Assembly (NCBI GenBank): GCA_051294375.1
Contig: JBJCIZ010000750.1
Span: 1 to 9,772, forward strand
Direction: 5' to 3'
Source of the DNA: Paraspadella gotoi
Lineage: Eukaryota; Animalia; Chaetognatha
DNA length: 9,772 bases
Shown here: positions 8,547 to 9,772 of the stretch, piece by piece
Numbering within the stretch: the first letter of the stretch is position 1
Layout of the letters: the number at the start of each line of letters is the position of its first letter
Position numbers and translations under genes: made by a program
The notes under the pieces: model-generated
Seen by the model: the letters and a program-made list of their open reading frames with translations, nothing else
What the model was told of the DNA's origin: nothing
The model's database searches: none

Positions 8547-9253
8547 ATGTCTTGCCCTGTGAAGAATGAATAAACATTAAATATTGAAGATAAGTAATAG
8601 AAAAATGAAAAAACAATTAATTAACATAATTTATTTTATTAGAGCTGTTATTTTTAGATTCAAAAGATTCTGGTCAAATTCCTCTGACATAAGCAATTAC
8701 AAAATAGAACAGATAAAATGATGGAGAAAAATGAGGAGAAGAAGGATTGTGATGATGTGATGAGGAGAAGAAGGATTGTGATGATGTGAAAGAAGTAGAA
8801 ACGAAGTTAGCAGAGCTCCCTCCGATTTTACTATCATAAACACCGGGACTGTTTCTGGCCAGTCAGAGGTCAAGGCCGCGGGGGCTGATTTGACCTGGTC
8901 GACTGTCCGGCAAGATCAAAGAGAAAATAGGAAAATATGAGAAATGTGCAAATTGTCTAACTTTAGATTTTTATTATAAATAGATAATACGCTACGGCGC
9001 AAAAAAAATAGCCACTTTTTTAACACCAAAAAAAAACGATAGAAAAAGATATAGAAATGTAAAACAAAGCTTATTGAAAGATGAAGTGATTGGTCCAAGT
9101 CCTACTAAAATTGAGCGAAGCGTTCAAAAGATGATTGATACAAAAAATCGGATGAGAACAAATTAATTTTAATGAAGAAGAGTCAATGACTTTTCCCTGT
9201 TATAAAATATCAACTTTAACCTTTGGAAATCATTTTTTCCCAATTCCGTTTTG
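8547..9253 (+). pseudogene. Possible disrupted spliced gene remnant
   Basis: ATG at 8547 (MSCPVKNE*TLNIEDK), donor 8594, acceptor tttttag 8657. Overlapping pieces MMEKNEEKKDCDDV/KEVETKLAELP and SDFTIINTGTVSGQSEVKAAGADLTWSTVRQDQRENRKI follow. After acceptor taaatag (8983) there is a 60-codon open frame IIRYGAKKIATFLTPKKNDRKRYRNVKQSLLKDEVIGPSPTKIERSVQKMIDTKNRMRTN* (8984-9166). No homology recognised. Confidence 0.25.
8731..8789 (+). repeat. Exact 29-bp tandem duplication
   Basis: atgaggagaagaaggattgtgatgatgtg occurs at 8731-8759 and 8760-8788. Confidence 0.97.
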
Positions 9254-9772
9254 AGTCTCTGTATATTTTAATAATATTAAAAAATGGCTCACTAATGGCT
9301 ACTTTTTTGCGCTGCAGTGAAAATAATAGAGCCCTTTAGGAGATCGCCAGACCGACAAAGTGAATTATAAAGTCATAAACGTTTTAAGCCAAGAAGACTT
9401 ATAACATAAAAACAAATCATTTATCAATATAAATTTAAAAATCAGTCATTATTTTAATACATGCCAATATCTTGATAAGTTTTACATGATGGATGTAACT
9501 TATAGTACTTTAAAAAATGTACTGAAAATTTTGATAAACTATTATGCAATAATTTTACATTTTCAAAAAACAACATACCAATAAGAGTAAAAAACTAAAA
9601 ATAGTATTCTTGAAACACACAATATTTAATGATGAATAAATAAAATTTATCAATTAAGAGCTTGTAAGATATAGAAATTAATCCATCTTAAAATTTAAAC
9701 TTTTATTACTTTTTTAATAATTTGTTTTATTTCCGAAAAATGTTTTTGTAATACGAAATATAAAGTACATAA

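Overview
Very AT-rich (by eye roughly 25-30% GC) eukaryotic nuclear DNA, most likely from an invertebrate. There is no prokaryotic operon, CRISPR array, rRNA or tRNA. Most supplied ORFs are by-products of microsatellites or low-complexity sequence. Best-supported elements: (i) a phase-consistent spliced gene model on the - strand (5090-4422, about 90-98 aa, unknown product) with 22-24 nt micro-exons; (ii) a small + strand spliced gene from 3250 with a signal-peptide-like N-terminus and candidate 32-36 nt introns; (iii) a ~350 bp foldback (1668-2014) whose arms differ largely by homopolymer-length indels; (iv) a degenerate long inverted repeat (~6885-7155 vs ~8068-8310); (v) two copies of a dispersed repeat with degenerate telomere-like hexamers; (vi) a probable decayed gag-protease LTR-retrotransposon relic (- strand, 5744-6355); (vii) a (GACA)n-bearing Helitron-like fragment, a composite minisatellite, an exact 29 bp duplication and several frameshifted exon-like remnants. 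I cannot support a claim of a new multi-gene system. All gene models were built by hand and need RNA or homology confirmation.
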